Source of the DNA: Candidatus Moanibacter sp. | Lineage (GTDB): Bacteria > Verrucomicrobiota > Verrucomicrobiia > Opitutales > UBA2987 | Direction: 5' to 3' | Assembly: GCA_965215885.1 (NCBI GenBank) | Contig: CBDCEW010000074.1 | Coordinates: 1 to 42,742, forward strand | Length of the DNA stretch: 42,742 nt | Shown here: in pieces, positions 1 to 9,112 of the stretch | Layout of the letters: the number at the start of each line of letters is the position of its first letter | How positions within the stretch are numbered: the stretch's first letter is position 1 | The notes under the pieces: model-generated | Seen by the model: the letters and a program-made list of their open reading frames with translations, nothing else | Told to the model about the DNA's origin: nothing | The model's database searches: none | Translations under genes and position numbers: made by a program

Positions 1-128
1 CCGGCGAGGGCCGCGCGGCATTTGTCCAAAGCGCGCGCTGCAATGACAAAGCCCCCCAGTGTCTCATGAGGGCTGCGAGGGTATTCTACCGCCAGATCTT
101 TGGCGAGGATCTTTACATTTTCGTTCAT
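1..128 (-). CDS. DUF5069-like protein, 5' part (runs off window)
   Basis: Minus-strand ATG at 128 translates to MNENVKILAKDLAVEYPRSPHETLGGFVIAARALDKCRAALA; the PRSP..LGG...AR.LDKCRA pattern resembles DUF5069 proteins (from recall). Confidence 0.7.
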   Translation of the reverse strand, partial: MNENVKILAKDLAVEYPRSPHETLGGFVIAARALDKCRAALA

Positions 129-293
129 GAATGAGGTGTGTATACGCATGAGAGTTCAATGTCCACTCTCACAACCCGAAAGTGCGAACTTTGCAGACCT
201 CTCTACCGCCGAGGTCTCCCGAGTGACGAAGACGGGCAACCCACGGCGGCTCCGCCGACCCACTGTTCCTTGCGGTGATAATTCACTCCTGAA

Positions 294-357
294 GTAGGAG
301 AGGCTTTAAGCCTCGATCCGTACCACCATGATCATCGCGAGGTAAACTCGCTCCTAC
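294..357. repeat. GTAG-type REP pair (REPIN-like)
   Basis: gtaggagaggctttaagcctcgat ... atcgcgaggtaaactcgctcctac: two inverted GTAGGAG-headed imperfect palindromes. Confidence 0.7.
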
Positions 358-487
358 ATCCCTCTCGGGTATTCGAGCTGCATCTTCGAGTCCGCCCAAG
401 GTTTAAAATGGACGAAGTCTTATACATTTTTAAGAAATGTTAAATAATAATCTATTATCAAATAGTGTTTAACCCGGGAGATCGCGG

Positions 488-515
488 TTGACAGTAAGGA
501 AGTGGGAATTAACCT
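488..515 (+). promoter_or_regulatory. Putative sigma70 promoter for the metG leader
   Basis: TTGACA (488-493), 16-nt spacer, TAACCT (510-515), with AT-rich sequence upstream. Confidence 0.55.
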
Positions 516-548
516 GTATGTTTCTATAGACAGGAAAGAACCTGAGAA

Positions 549-626
549 ATGAATCTGTATCACAGCAGTTTGATGATGCGACTTCGCCGGTTAATTGTCG
601 GTGAAGGCATGCGAATGCGCAGGTAA
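549..626 (+). CDS. Met-rich leader peptide MNLYHSSLMMRLRRLIVGEGMRMRR
   Basis: 25-codon ORF with 5 ATG codons (positions 1, 9, 10, 21, 23), purine-rich AGGAAAG upstream, located between the promoter and terminator ahead of metG. Confidence 0.7.
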   Translation: MNLYHSSLMMRLRRLIVGEGMRMRR

Positions 627-655
627 AAGAAGCCCGAATCGGTAGACAATTTTCC

Positions 656-693
656 GGCCCAAGAGAACAAATGCTCTTGGGCCTTTTTATTTT
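656..693 (+). terminator. Intrinsic terminator (attenuator) in the metG leader
   Basis: Perfect 10-bp stem ggcccaagag/ctcttgggcc with an 8-nt loop, followed by tttttatttt, 30 nt before the metG ATG. Confidence 0.85.
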
Positions 694-723
694 CCGAAAT
701 CCAACATCCACTCAGATTTTCGC

Positions 724-2175
724 ATGAAGAAACAGATCTATATCACCACAACAGTTCCCTACGTAAACGCGAAGCCCCACATCGGGTTCGCTCTGGAGCT
801 TCTAGAGGCAGATGCCCTGAATCGCTACTACAAGCAATGCGGATACGCATCTTTCCTCCAGACAGGCACCGACGACAATGCTCTTAAGAACGTCAAGGCT
901 GCGAAGGAGGAGGGCGTGACACCCTCGGAATGGGTCGACCGCAACGCGGCTGCCTTCCGACAGTTAGCGGACATCCTCTCGATCGAATACGACTCCTTCA
1001 TTCGAACTACGGAAGATCGGCACAAGAGAGCGGTGCGGTCGTTCTGGAATCGGCTCTCTCCGGATGATCTGTACAAAAAGCCGTACCGAGGCTTATATTG
1101 TATCGGTTGCGAGGACTTTTATACGGAGAAAGACCTCGAGGATGAACTCTGCCCGGAACACGGGACGCCCGTTACCACGGTTGAAGAGGAGAATTACTTC
1201 TTTCGGCTGTCGCGCTACGAAAAGGAACTTCACACGCTTATCAGCCAGGATCGAATCCGAATTTTACCACATAAAAGAAAGAAGGAAGTTCTCACGTTCA
1301 TTGAAAGCGGACTGCATGATTTCAGTGTATCCCGTTTAGCATCTCGTGCGGATGGCTGGGGGATCCCCGTTCCCGGAGATTCACGTCAGGTCGTATACGT
1401 ATGGGTCGATGCACTCATCAACTACCTGTCAGGGATCGGTTTTGGCAACGGCGATGACTGGAAGAAGCTCTGGAACGAGAAGACGAGGAAGATACACGTC
1501 CTGGGGAAGAACGTTTGGAAATTTCACGCTATATACTGGCCGGCAATGCTTCTCTCCGCACGTATCAGTCTTCCGGATGAGCTTCTGATTCACGGATTTC
1601 TTACCGTAGAAGGAAAGAAAATAGGCAAGAGTCTCGGCAACGCAATTGATCCTATTGCCAGTTTAAATGTACTTGGTTTAGATGCTGTCCGATATTTCCT
1701 GTTGAAAGGCATACCTCCATCTGGCGACAGTGACTTTGCGAAAGCACGTGTAATTCAACTATATAACGCCGACCTCGCAAACGGCCTCGGAAACCTCGTC
1801 AGCAGATTGGCCCGCCTCGCTGAGAAGAGTAGTTACACTCCTCCAAACACTCAAAGGAAGGAGGTATTAGATTTACCTCAACCTTATCATGAAGCCTTTA
1901 TTCGCTTTGGGATCGATGAGGCAGCAGAGGCAGCCATCGATGAGGTGAGAGCTCTCAATCGCGAGGTGGATCGAGTCGAGCCGTGGAAACTATTGAAGTC
2001 CGGCCAGTTTCAAATTCTTCACGGTTTTCTCAGGGAGTGGTTCGAGCGCATTGTAATAGTGACGGAAGAGCTGAAACCGATAATCCCGCAGACCGGCCAA
2101 TTCGTAAATCAGAAACTATCAGACCCATCGTCTCTGGACGGTATCCGTCTCTTTCCGCGGAAGTTTTTAGCGTGA
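724..2175 (+). CDS. metG: Methionine--tRNA ligase, short form without the C-terminal tRNA-binding appendix
   Basis: PYVNAKPHIG (HIGH region), TGTDD, CxxC...CPEH zinc knuckle, WGIPVP, YVWVDAL, FHAIYWPA, KIGKSLGN (KMSKS variant), LANGLGNLVSR. Confidence 0.95.
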   Translation: MKKQIYITTTVPYVNAKPHIGFALELLEADALNRYYKQCGYASFLQTGTDDNALKNVKAAKEEGVTPSEWVDRNAAAFRQLADILSIEYDSFIRTTEDRHKRAVRSFWNRLSPDDLYKKPYRGLYCIGCEDFYTEKDLEDELCPEHGTPVTTVEEENYFFRLSRYEKELHTLISQDRIRILPHKRKKEVLTFIESGLHDFSVSRLASRADGWGIPVPGDSRQVVYVWVDALINYLSGIGFGNGDDWKKLWNEKTRKIHVLGKNVWKFHAIYWPAMLLSARISLPDELLIHGFLTVEGKKIGKSLGNAIDPIASLNVLGLDAVRYFLLKGIPPSGDSDFAKARVIQLYNADLANGLGNLVSRLARLAEKSSYTPPNTQRKEVLDLPQPYHEAFIRFGIDEAAEAAIDEVRALNREVDRVEPWKLLKSGQFQILHGFLREWFERIVIVTEELKPIIPQTGQFVNQKLSDPSSLDGIRLFPRKFLA

Positions 2176-2187
2176 TCCCGCTGAGCG

Positions 2188-3795
2188 CATACGCGTAAAC
2201 CTTATTTTCGCAACTTAGTCAGATTCAAAGACTTGCGAGGTATTTTGCGGCGGAGTATGAGGGTGTCTCTATCCTCGAGGTTCCACTCCATTTGTTCGCC
2301 CTTTTCTATTTGCTTCGTTTCGACCACAGCGGTGAGGAAATTCGCAGTTGAGCGAGTGCATTTTGGCCGGGTTATCTTCTCTACTTTTACCGTCTACCCC
2401 ATTTTTTTTCACTTTGGCAGCATTTTATACTGTACATTCGTTCATATATAGGATTTATCCTTCGGATGCAAAGTATAAAAAAAGCTGATTGTATCCGTCA
2501 AACCTTCCGTAAGTTGAACCTCACAGCCCTCGCTAAACAGAGTGGTTTTAGAGAGAGGAAATCGCGCAAGATCTCCCCTCTGAACTTTGTTTTGGCTTTG
2601 CTGGCGATGGCTTCTAAGGGGGCCTTGTCCCTTGGCAAAGAAGCCGAGCTTATTGGATTCTTAGCCAACCGCACCATTTCCAGACAAGCGGTCCAAAAGT
2701 GCGCCAAAAAAGCCACCGCTTTTATGACCTTAGTGCTCCTGAGGCTTTTAGAACTTAAAGCTTATGGGCCTGTGGGCAGAGCTGTTCCAAATTGCATGAG
2801 GAGCTTTGAACGGGTTCTCATTGCCGACAGCACTTCGATTGGCTTGCCTAAGGTCCCTGGCCCCCTTCTTCCCCGGAGCGTCCAATCAGACAGGCTCCAA
2901 ACAGGCTCAACTGAAGATTCAGGCCTATTACGATCTGCGCAATGAATCCTTCGTTGACTTCAGCCTCAGTAGCTTCCGAAAAAACGATCAGGCTGCTTCC
3001 AAAGACATTCTCGCTCTCGCTCAACCCAACGACTTGATCCTGCGCGACTTAGGCTATTTTGTCCTCGATGTCTTTAAGCAACTCGATCAGCGCGGCTGCT
3101 TCTTTGTGAGTCGTTTGAAAACCGGCACTTGCCTTTTAGCCAACGAAGGCGATGAAGAGCTCGATCTACGCAAACTTTTACGTGGCCAAAAGCTTCTCGA
3201 TATGCCCGTTCGGGTGGGTAAAAAAGCCAAGCTTCCGGTTCGTCTGATCGCCGTCAAACTCCCTCAGAAGGTGGCCCATAAACGCCGCCGCGAGCATAGA
3301 CAAAACCGCGACAATAGACTTCGATATACCAGCCGCACCAGCTTCCTTCTCGGTTTCCAAATCTTTATTACCAACCTCCATCAGAAAGACTTTAGCCCTA
3401 AGCAGATTCTGAGCTTTTACGGGCTTCGCTGGCGCATCGAAATTTTCTTTAAGGCCTTTAAGCAACATCTTAATCTCGGTCAGGTCAAAGAGACTACTCC
3501 CTACCAGATTGAGCTTCTTATCTACGCCCGTCCTCATCCTCATTACCCACTTACTCAACTTCGTCTATGGTCCCCTTAGACACTATTCGAATACCAGTTT
3601 GTCCTCTCCTCTGAGTATCCTTAAATTCTCCTACTGGTTTGGCTTCTTTGCTCCCTACTTCTTCATCCTCTCTCACCTTCCCAAAGATCAGATCATCCCC
3701 CGATGGCTCAAACAAATCCCCAAACACTGCACCTATGAAAAGCGTTCTCGTCTTGATTTCCTCTCTTGTTTCTTCTCCTTAGGTTAACGCAAATG
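2188..3795 (+). mobile_element. IS4-family insertion sequence (1608 bp)
   Basis: Imperfect terminal IRs catacgcgtaaacct / aggttaacgcaaatg; 9-bp direct repeat CGCTGAGCG at 2179-2187 and 3796-3804. Confidence 0.9.
2466..3787 (+). pseudogene. IS4-family transposase with two +1 frameshifts (~2852, ~3528)
   Basis: IADSTSI, RDLGYF and Y..RWRIEIFFK (YREK) motifs are spread over ORFs 2466-2945, 2806-3579 and 3509-3787. Confidence 0.85.
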
Positions 3796-3968
3796 CGCTG
3801 AGCGGGACGCCTTAATTCGATCTTTCGAGAAAGGGGTAAAATAGTCACTCAAAACAGTAAGAAAGGTGATAGGATTTCCGGGCTTGTATTTTTTCAAACT
3901 CCCAACATTCTTGCCGCCTTCAATCGATCCAGATTTCATATCTTGATCTGGAGGAATTCAGTGAAATC

Positions 3969-5693
3969 ATGAGAGACCACCTTATTCAACCGCATGGAGA
4001 ATCCCTGGTAGACTTGATCGTCTCGCCGGAGGAAACCGAAGAACTAAGAGCGAGTTCCAAGAACTGGCCATCCTGGGATTTGACAGCCCGCCAGCTCTGC
4101 GACCTTGAGCTGCTTCTGAACGGTGGATTCTCACCCCTTAAAGGTTTCATGTGCCGCTCCGACTACGAGTCCGTCGTGTCATCGATGCACCTGTCGGATG
4201 AAACACTTTGGCCGATCCCAGTCGTCCTCGATCTGCCGGATGCATTTGCTAAGGAGCTCTCTGCAAACGAAACCATCGCCCTGCGTGACCAGGAAGGGGT
4301 AATGCTGGCCGCACTGCGCATTGAAGATATCTGGAAGCCGGATCGTATCGTCGAAGCGGCCGAAGTCTACCAAACGACCGATCCTACACATCCAGGTGTA
4401 CAATATCTCACTCGCGAGACAAACCCATGTTACGTCGGAGGAACGGTCCTGGGAATTCAGTTGCCTGCACACTACGACTCAGGATCACACCGCTTCACGC
4501 CTGCCAGACTGCGGCGTGAATTCGGTCGCCTGGGATGGCGCAAAATCATCGCTTTTCAGACACGAAATCCAATGCACCGGGCGCATTTCGAACTGACCAT
4601 GCGCGCGATTCGAGAGCATCAAGCCAATCTCCTGATTCATCCTGTCGTCGGATTAACGAAACCGGGCGACGTGGACCATTACACGAGAGTTCGCTGTTAT
4701 GAGGCGCTCCTCCCACACTACCCTCTCAACTCCGTGAAGCTGGCCCTGCTTCCCCTATCGATGCGGCTGGCTGGACCCCGTTCCGCTGTCTGGCACGCAT
4801 TAATCCGGAAGAATTACGGCTGTACTCATCTCATCGTCGGGCGCGACCATGCGGGGCCGGGAAAGGATGCCAAAGGCAACGACTTTTACGGTCCTTACGA
4901 CGCGCAGGAACTCCTTCAGCAACTGGAACCTGAAACCGAAATCGGGATGGTCCCCTTTTCCCAGCTCAACTATGTGGAAGAAAGGAATGCCTACCTTTCA
5001 ACGAATGAAATTGAGCCGGAAATGCGCACTCTGAGCATTTCTGGAACAGAGCTGCGAATCCGCCTCTCCGAAGGCAGGGACCTGCCAAAATGGTTCACTT
5101 TCCCTGAGGTGGCCACGGAATTGCGTCGCAGCTATCCGCCCCGCTACCAACAGGGCTTCACCGTATTCTTTACCGGGCTCTCCGGTTCGGGAAAGTCCAC
5201 CATCGCCAATGTCCTCATGAGTAAGCTGCTGGAAATCGGAGGAAGACCGGTTACCCTGCTCGACGGTGATATTGTTCGAAAGAATCTATCCTCTGAGCTC
5301 GGCTTCTCCCGTGAACACCGAGATTTGAATATCCGTCGCATCGGATTCGTCGCGAATGAAATCACTAAAAACGGAGGAATTGCTATCTGTGCGCCCATCG
5401 CCCCCTACGATTCCGTTCGCGAAGACGTCTGTTCACTGATTAAAAAGCATGGCGGATTCATTCTTGTCCACAACTCTACTCCATTAGACGTTTGCGAATC
5501 CCGTGACCGAAAGGGCCTTTACGCAAAAGCTCGCGCAGGAATAATCAAAGAGTTTACGGGGATCTCAGATCCCTACGAGGAACCAGCCAACGCCGACCTC
5601 AGAATCGATACCTCCAACCTCACACCGGAGGAGGCCTGCCAAGCGGTTCTCCTCCACCTCGAACGCGAAGGCTACGTTTCCGGAAAGCCGTAA
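3969..5693 (+). CDS. sat: Bifunctional sulfate adenylyltransferase / adenylylsulfate kinase (Sat-CysC)
   Basis: FQTRNPMHRAH and VGRDHAG (ATP sulfurylase); C-terminal GLSGSGKST, LLDGD, FTGISDPYE (APS kinase). Confidence 0.96.
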   Translation: MRDHLIQPHGESLVDLIVSPEETEELRASSKNWPSWDLTARQLCDLELLLNGGFSPLKGFMCRSDYESVVSSMHLSDETLWPIPVVLDLPDAFAKELSANETIALRDQEGVMLAALRIEDIWKPDRIVEAAEVYQTTDPTHPGVQYLTRETNPCYVGGTVLGIQLPAHYDSGSHRFTPARLRREFGRLGWRKIIAFQTRNPMHRAHFELTMRAIREHQANLLIHPVVGLTKPGDVDHYTRVRCYEALLPHYPLNSVKLALLPLSMRLAGPRSAVWHALIRKNYGCTHLIVGRDHAGPGKDAKGNDFYGPYDAQELLQQLEPETEIGMVPFSQLNYVEERNAYLSTNEIEPEMRTLSISGTELRIRLSEGRDLPKWFTFPEVATELRRSYPPRYQQGFTVFFTGLSGSGKSTIANVLMSKLLEIGGRPVTLLDGDIVRKNLSSELGFSREHRDLNIRRIGFVANEITKNGGIAICAPIAPYDSVREDVCSLIKKHGGFILVHNSTPLDVCESRDRKGLYAKARAGIIKEFTGISDPYEEPANADLRIDTSNLTPEEACQAVLLHLEREGYVSGKP

Positions 5694-5700
5694 CCCGCAA

Positions 5701-5718
5701 ATTTCACGTACGTGAAAT
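5701..5718. terminator. Perfect 18-bp palindrome between convergent genes, possible bidirectional terminator
   Basis: atttcacgtacgtgaaat lies between the sat stop (5693) and the opposite-strand stop (5726); no clear U-tract. Confidence 0.35.
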
Positions 5719-5725
5719 CCTCGGG

Positions 5726-6043
5726 CTACTTCCACTCTTTATCGGTCGGCCAGATGTTGGTGCCGCCGATCACCGGATCGAAAGTCCTTTCATCGAGCCA
5801 TTCCTTTACCGCATCGCGCCATTTGATGAAGTGGGGCGTTTTAGTGTGCTCCTGAAAGGCGTCCTCATCTTTATAGACCTCGTAAAGCCAGATCCGGTTG
5901 GGATCCTTTGGGTCCTGAACGACGTCAAACCTCAGGCAACCGGGTTCTTTGTTTACCGACCCTTCGGCGTCACTTATGATTTCTTCAACAAACCTTTCCC
6001 TGAATCCTTCTTTTATCTGAAGCGGTGCGATTATTATATACAT
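5726..6043 (-). CDS. ABM-domain protein (putative quinol monooxygenase, LsrG/YgiN-like)
   Basis: EPGCLRFDV, LYEVYKDEDAFQEHTKTPHF. Confidence 0.88.
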   Translation of the reverse strand: MYIIIAPLQIKEGFRERFVEEIISDAEGSVNKEPGCLRFDVVQDPKDPNRIWLYEVYKDEDAFQEHTKTPHFIKWRDAVKEWLDERTFDPVIGGTNIWPTDKEWK

Positions 6044-6119
6044 GATCTCTCTCTGATTTGAAGTTCTCCGTTTACTATTGCGCCGGCTCTTTCGTAGAAA
6101 TTCTCATTACCATTGCCAA

Positions 6120-6162
6120 TAACTACCTTGCTAAGGGTGGATCGGGCGCTCCGCGCACGATG
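6120..6162. repeat. GGTGGA-type REP-like repeat, copy 1
   Basis: 43 bp matching 39695-39737 with 2 mismatches. Confidence 0.75.
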
Positions 6163-6191
6163 ACAATTGAGTCAAGTCAGTTTCATTTTCT

Positions 6192-6227
6192 CTAGCAGAT
6201 TGTCGGCGAAGTCCGACAGGCTGCTAG
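6192..6227. repeat. Minimal CTAG-flanked MITE-like hairpin
   Basis: ctagcagattgtcggcgaagtccgacaggctgctag; same end motif as 11830, 15352, 32212 and 37805-38025. Confidence 0.65.
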
Positions 6228-6234
6228 CCCGGGG

Positions 6235-7419
6235 TCAGGCTTCAGCCTCGGGGAAATCCGGATAAATCTCGACCAATTCTCCAATCCCGATTTTGACATC
6301 ATCTCCATAGGCAGCGATCTCGTCGTTCTTAAACACCCGCACGTTGGCCGCTTCACCAGCATTCTCTACCGTCCACTCCCACTTTCCGATCTCTAGAAAG
6401 CTCATTGGAACACCCTCTGTCCAATTTAATCCCGGGCCCTCTCCGCGAACATAAGGAGTGTTGCCTAGACCGATGTTCGTATGCGCAATCAAAGTAAGCG
6501 AAGCCGGGTCAGCGGAGGGACCTTTTGAGGGCTCGGGCGAGCCTTGTGCAGGCACCGGCGCAGGTATCTCTTCTTCTTCAAATTCGACATCCGGATTCTC
6601 CACGACGACTTCGGTAGTATTATCTTCCACCGCCTCCGGATCGATTTCAGGCGGTTCAGACCACAGTCCCGCTTGCTCATGAACTGGTTCAGATTTCTCC
6701 CTTTCTGGTTGCTTCTTCCCTTCTATCTTTACCGCTTTCTTCGATTCGCCCAAATCAGGAGTCGGCCGCTCTCCTGAAGAGGCAGTTTCATCTTTGGGAG
6801 TCCCTTCACCTAAGGAGTCCAGAAGGACATCTAGTTTTTCTCCGAGCCGCTCCAGTCCCGAATCAGAATCCTGCGACGCAGACCGGGCCTTATCAAAAAG
6901 ATCCTCCACCTCTTCCCGCACTTCCTTTAGTTGCGAAGAGAAACTCTCCAACTCTTTCGTCTGCGCCTCGCGAAGCGTCTTGAGATTCTCAGATAACTCA
7001 CTCTTTTGCTCCTTTACGGATTTCTCCACAGCGCTTTCCAGGTCAGCGATCTTCTCGTGCAATACAGGACCGATCTCCTTAAGTTGCTCAGCTGAAGAAG
7101 CCGACTTTTGTGCGAGTTCGGAAAGAGTACGTGTGACAGTCTGCAACTCGTCGATTACGTTTCGTGTCTGCTTAGCCTGTTCGTCCACACTTTCCTGAAA
7201 AAGGCTGTTAGCAACCTGAAGACGCGAAAAATACTCCACAATGAACGGAGCAGCAAAAAAGAGAACTGCCAGAACACCACTCAAAATTATCGATGACGCG
7301 GCAATCGCATCGTATGGTTTCGAAGAGAAGACCGCCAGGAGAATAGCCAATCCGACAAAAAACAGGTCACCCAATAGGAACGGCCACTTCGGAAGTCTAG
7401 GGTATGACTGGTTGTTCAT
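6235..7419 (-). CDS. Membrane-anchored coiled-coil hypothetical protein with a small C-terminal beta domain
   Basis: Two N-terminal TM segments, a coiled-coil, an acidic linker and C-terminal IGLGNTPYVRGEGPGLNWTEG. Confidence 0.8.
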   Translation of the reverse strand: MNNQSYPRLPKWPFLLGDLFFVGLAILLAVFSSKPYDAIAASSIILSGVLAVLFFAAPFIVEYFSRLQVANSLFQESVDEQAKQTRNVIDELQTVTRTLSELAQKSASSAEQLKEIGPVLHEKIADLESAVEKSVKEQKSELSENLKTLREAQTKELESFSSQLKEVREEVEDLFDKARSASQDSDSGLERLGEKLDVLLDSLGEGTPKDETASSGERPTPDLGESKKAVKIEGKKQPEREKSEPVHEQAGLWSEPPEIDPEAVEDNTTEVVVENPDVEFEEEEIPAPVPAQGSPEPSKGPSADPASLTLIAHTNIGLGNTPYVRGEGPGLNWTEGVPMSFLEIGKWEWTVENAGEAANVRVFKNDEIAAYGDDVKIGIGELVEIYPDFPEAEA

Positions 7420-7536
7420 TCGCCGATTAAGGGAACCCAGGACGCGACAATTGGAGGCAGTTACTCAGGCCGCGGCAATTGGAGGCGCCGCCTGCCCGGA
7501 AGAAGGATTAAAACCCCTCCCTGGAAAACCTCAACC

Positions 7537-8544
7537 CTAAACTGTGCGCCTTTCCAGAAAGCCTACCTTTCGGTAGACCTTACGCAACATTGCATCGGCC
7601 CGCATCTGCGCGGCTTCCGCTCCATCGGTCAACACAGAGGTAAGCGCATCCTTATCCTGCACAAGGGCGTTGTATCTATTTTGAATGGGCTCCAGCAGAG
7701 CAACTACCGATTCCGCCACCGCACTTTTGAATTCGGCATAACCCACCCCAGCGAAGCTTGATTCGAGTTGATCAATTGAGCGTCCGGTCACGCCACTCAT
7801 GATAGAGAGCAGATTCGTTATTCCCGGCTTCCCCTCATCCGCCCTGATCTCCCTGTCACTATCTGTGACTGAGCTCATGATTTTCTTGCGAATGGCACCA
7901 GGCGGATCCTGCAGGAAAATTGTCGCGTTCCGATTTTCGTCAGATTTTGACATTTTTTTGGTAGGCTCCTGAAGCGACATAACCCTTCCCGCCACTTTCG
8001 GAATATAAGGCTCGGGCAGAGTAAAAGTATCAGAATAAGTGCGATTGAACTTCTCGGCGATGTCTCGCGTAAGCTCCATATGCTGCTTTTGATCGCCGCC
8101 AACAGGTACCACATCAGCGTTATAGAGCAGTATGTCGGCCGCCATAAGAACAGGGTAGTAAAGAAGCCCCGAACCGACTGTTGCACCAATACGAGCCGAA
8201 CGGTCTCGAAACTGCGTCATCCGCTGCAATTGCCCGACCGGCGTGAGGCAACCGAGGATCCAGGCCAATTCCGTATGCCCGATCACATGAGATTGGAGAA
8301 ATATTCGGGATTTCTCTGGGTCGAGCCCACAGGCAATATAACCGGCTACACATTCCAAAGCGCCTCTTCTCAATTCCGACGGCACAGTGCTTACCGTAAT
8401 GGCATGGAAATCGACTATGGGGAAGAAGCACTCGTAATCATCCAGCATCTCCGTCCAGTGCTTGATCGCACCGAGGTAATTACCCAGGTGCAGCTGACCA
8501 GAAGGTTGGACGGCGGTAAGTATGACAGGCTTTTTCCGGCTCAT
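7537..8544 (-). CDS. trpS: Tryptophan--tRNA ligase
   Basis: QPSGQLHLGNYLGA, YPVLMAADILLY, VPVGGDQKQH, KMSKS. Confidence 0.97.
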   Translation of the reverse strand: MSRKKPVILTAVQPSGQLHLGNYLGAIKHWTEMLDDYECFFPIVDFHAITVSTVPSELRRGALECVAGYIACGLDPEKSRIFLQSHVIGHTELAWILGCLTPVGQLQRMTQFRDRSARIGATVGSGLLYYPVLMAADILLYNADVVPVGGDQKQHMELTRDIAEKFNRTYSDTFTLPEPYIPKVAGRVMSLQEPTKKMSKSDENRNATIFLQDPPGAIRKKIMSSVTDSDREIRADEGKPGITNLLSIMSGVTGRSIDQLESSFAGVGYAEFKSAVAESVVALLEPIQNRYNALVQDKDALTSVLTDGAEAAQMRADAMLRKVYRKVGFLERRTV

Positions 8545-8974
8545 CGGGAGTGTTCTTTCATGGTGGTCCTACGGAAGTCTGCTTTAAAAGCAAAATTCAC
8601 TCCAATTCAAATTGTTTTTCGGAGTGTCGACGTTTAATGGAAGGCAGCGCTTGCCGGAAATACAATCGATCTTTATACTCTCCTACCTTAAGATGCACCT
8701 GGTACAACCAAATTGCCGCAGTAAATTGAGCGAGGCTGACATCGCCTTCATCATATCCGTCTTTCAGGCCGGCCAGGCAGAAAGCGAAGCTCTAATGAAC
8801 TTGCTGGCGGATGGCGATACCCGCGATCTGCTACTTGACGAAAAAACGCTCTTCCATGCGCTATTGGAATCTCCCGCCTATCTTCGAATTTCCTTGAACT
8901 TGTATTTCTATGTTCAGAACTCGCTATCATGCGGGTTGGCGGGCAGGGGGCAATCGCAGATACAATTCCCGGCT

Positions 8975-9060
8975 TTTAATCGAATTCCCCGAAGCTTGCT
9001 TCGTTTCTAATTCATAAAGTCTAATATCAAATGCCTCGGGGCTTGCCCCGTAATCTTTAA
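8975..9060 (+). mobile_element. Non-autonomous IS200/IS605 derivative (PATE-like), both end hairpins and no gene
   Basis: aattccccgaagcttgcttcg (8983-9003) and aaatgcctcggggcttgccccg (9029-9050) are identical to the left and right subterminal hairpins of the IS200 element at 26974-27542 (minus strand). Confidence 0.8.
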
Positions 9061-9112
9061 GAGCTAAAGAAAACGGTAGGCTTCATCTTCGAACCATCAA
9101 ATTCGAAGAAAA

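Noticed and set aside
480..700. T-box or SAM riboswitch upstream of metG
   Set aside because: No T-box AAGGTGGnACC-type motif or SAM-I core was seen; a leader ORF plus terminator explains the region better. An Rfam scan is still needed.
2840..3540. Programmed frameshifting in the IS4 transposase
   Set aside because: Both shifts look like single extra bases in short homopolymers (aaGGtcc, gCCCgtc) without slippery heptamers; decay or sequencing error is more likely.
8541..8561. Six-codon uORF (MKEHSR) overlapping the trpS start as a Trp attenuator
   Set aside because: No Trp codons and no terminator hairpin.
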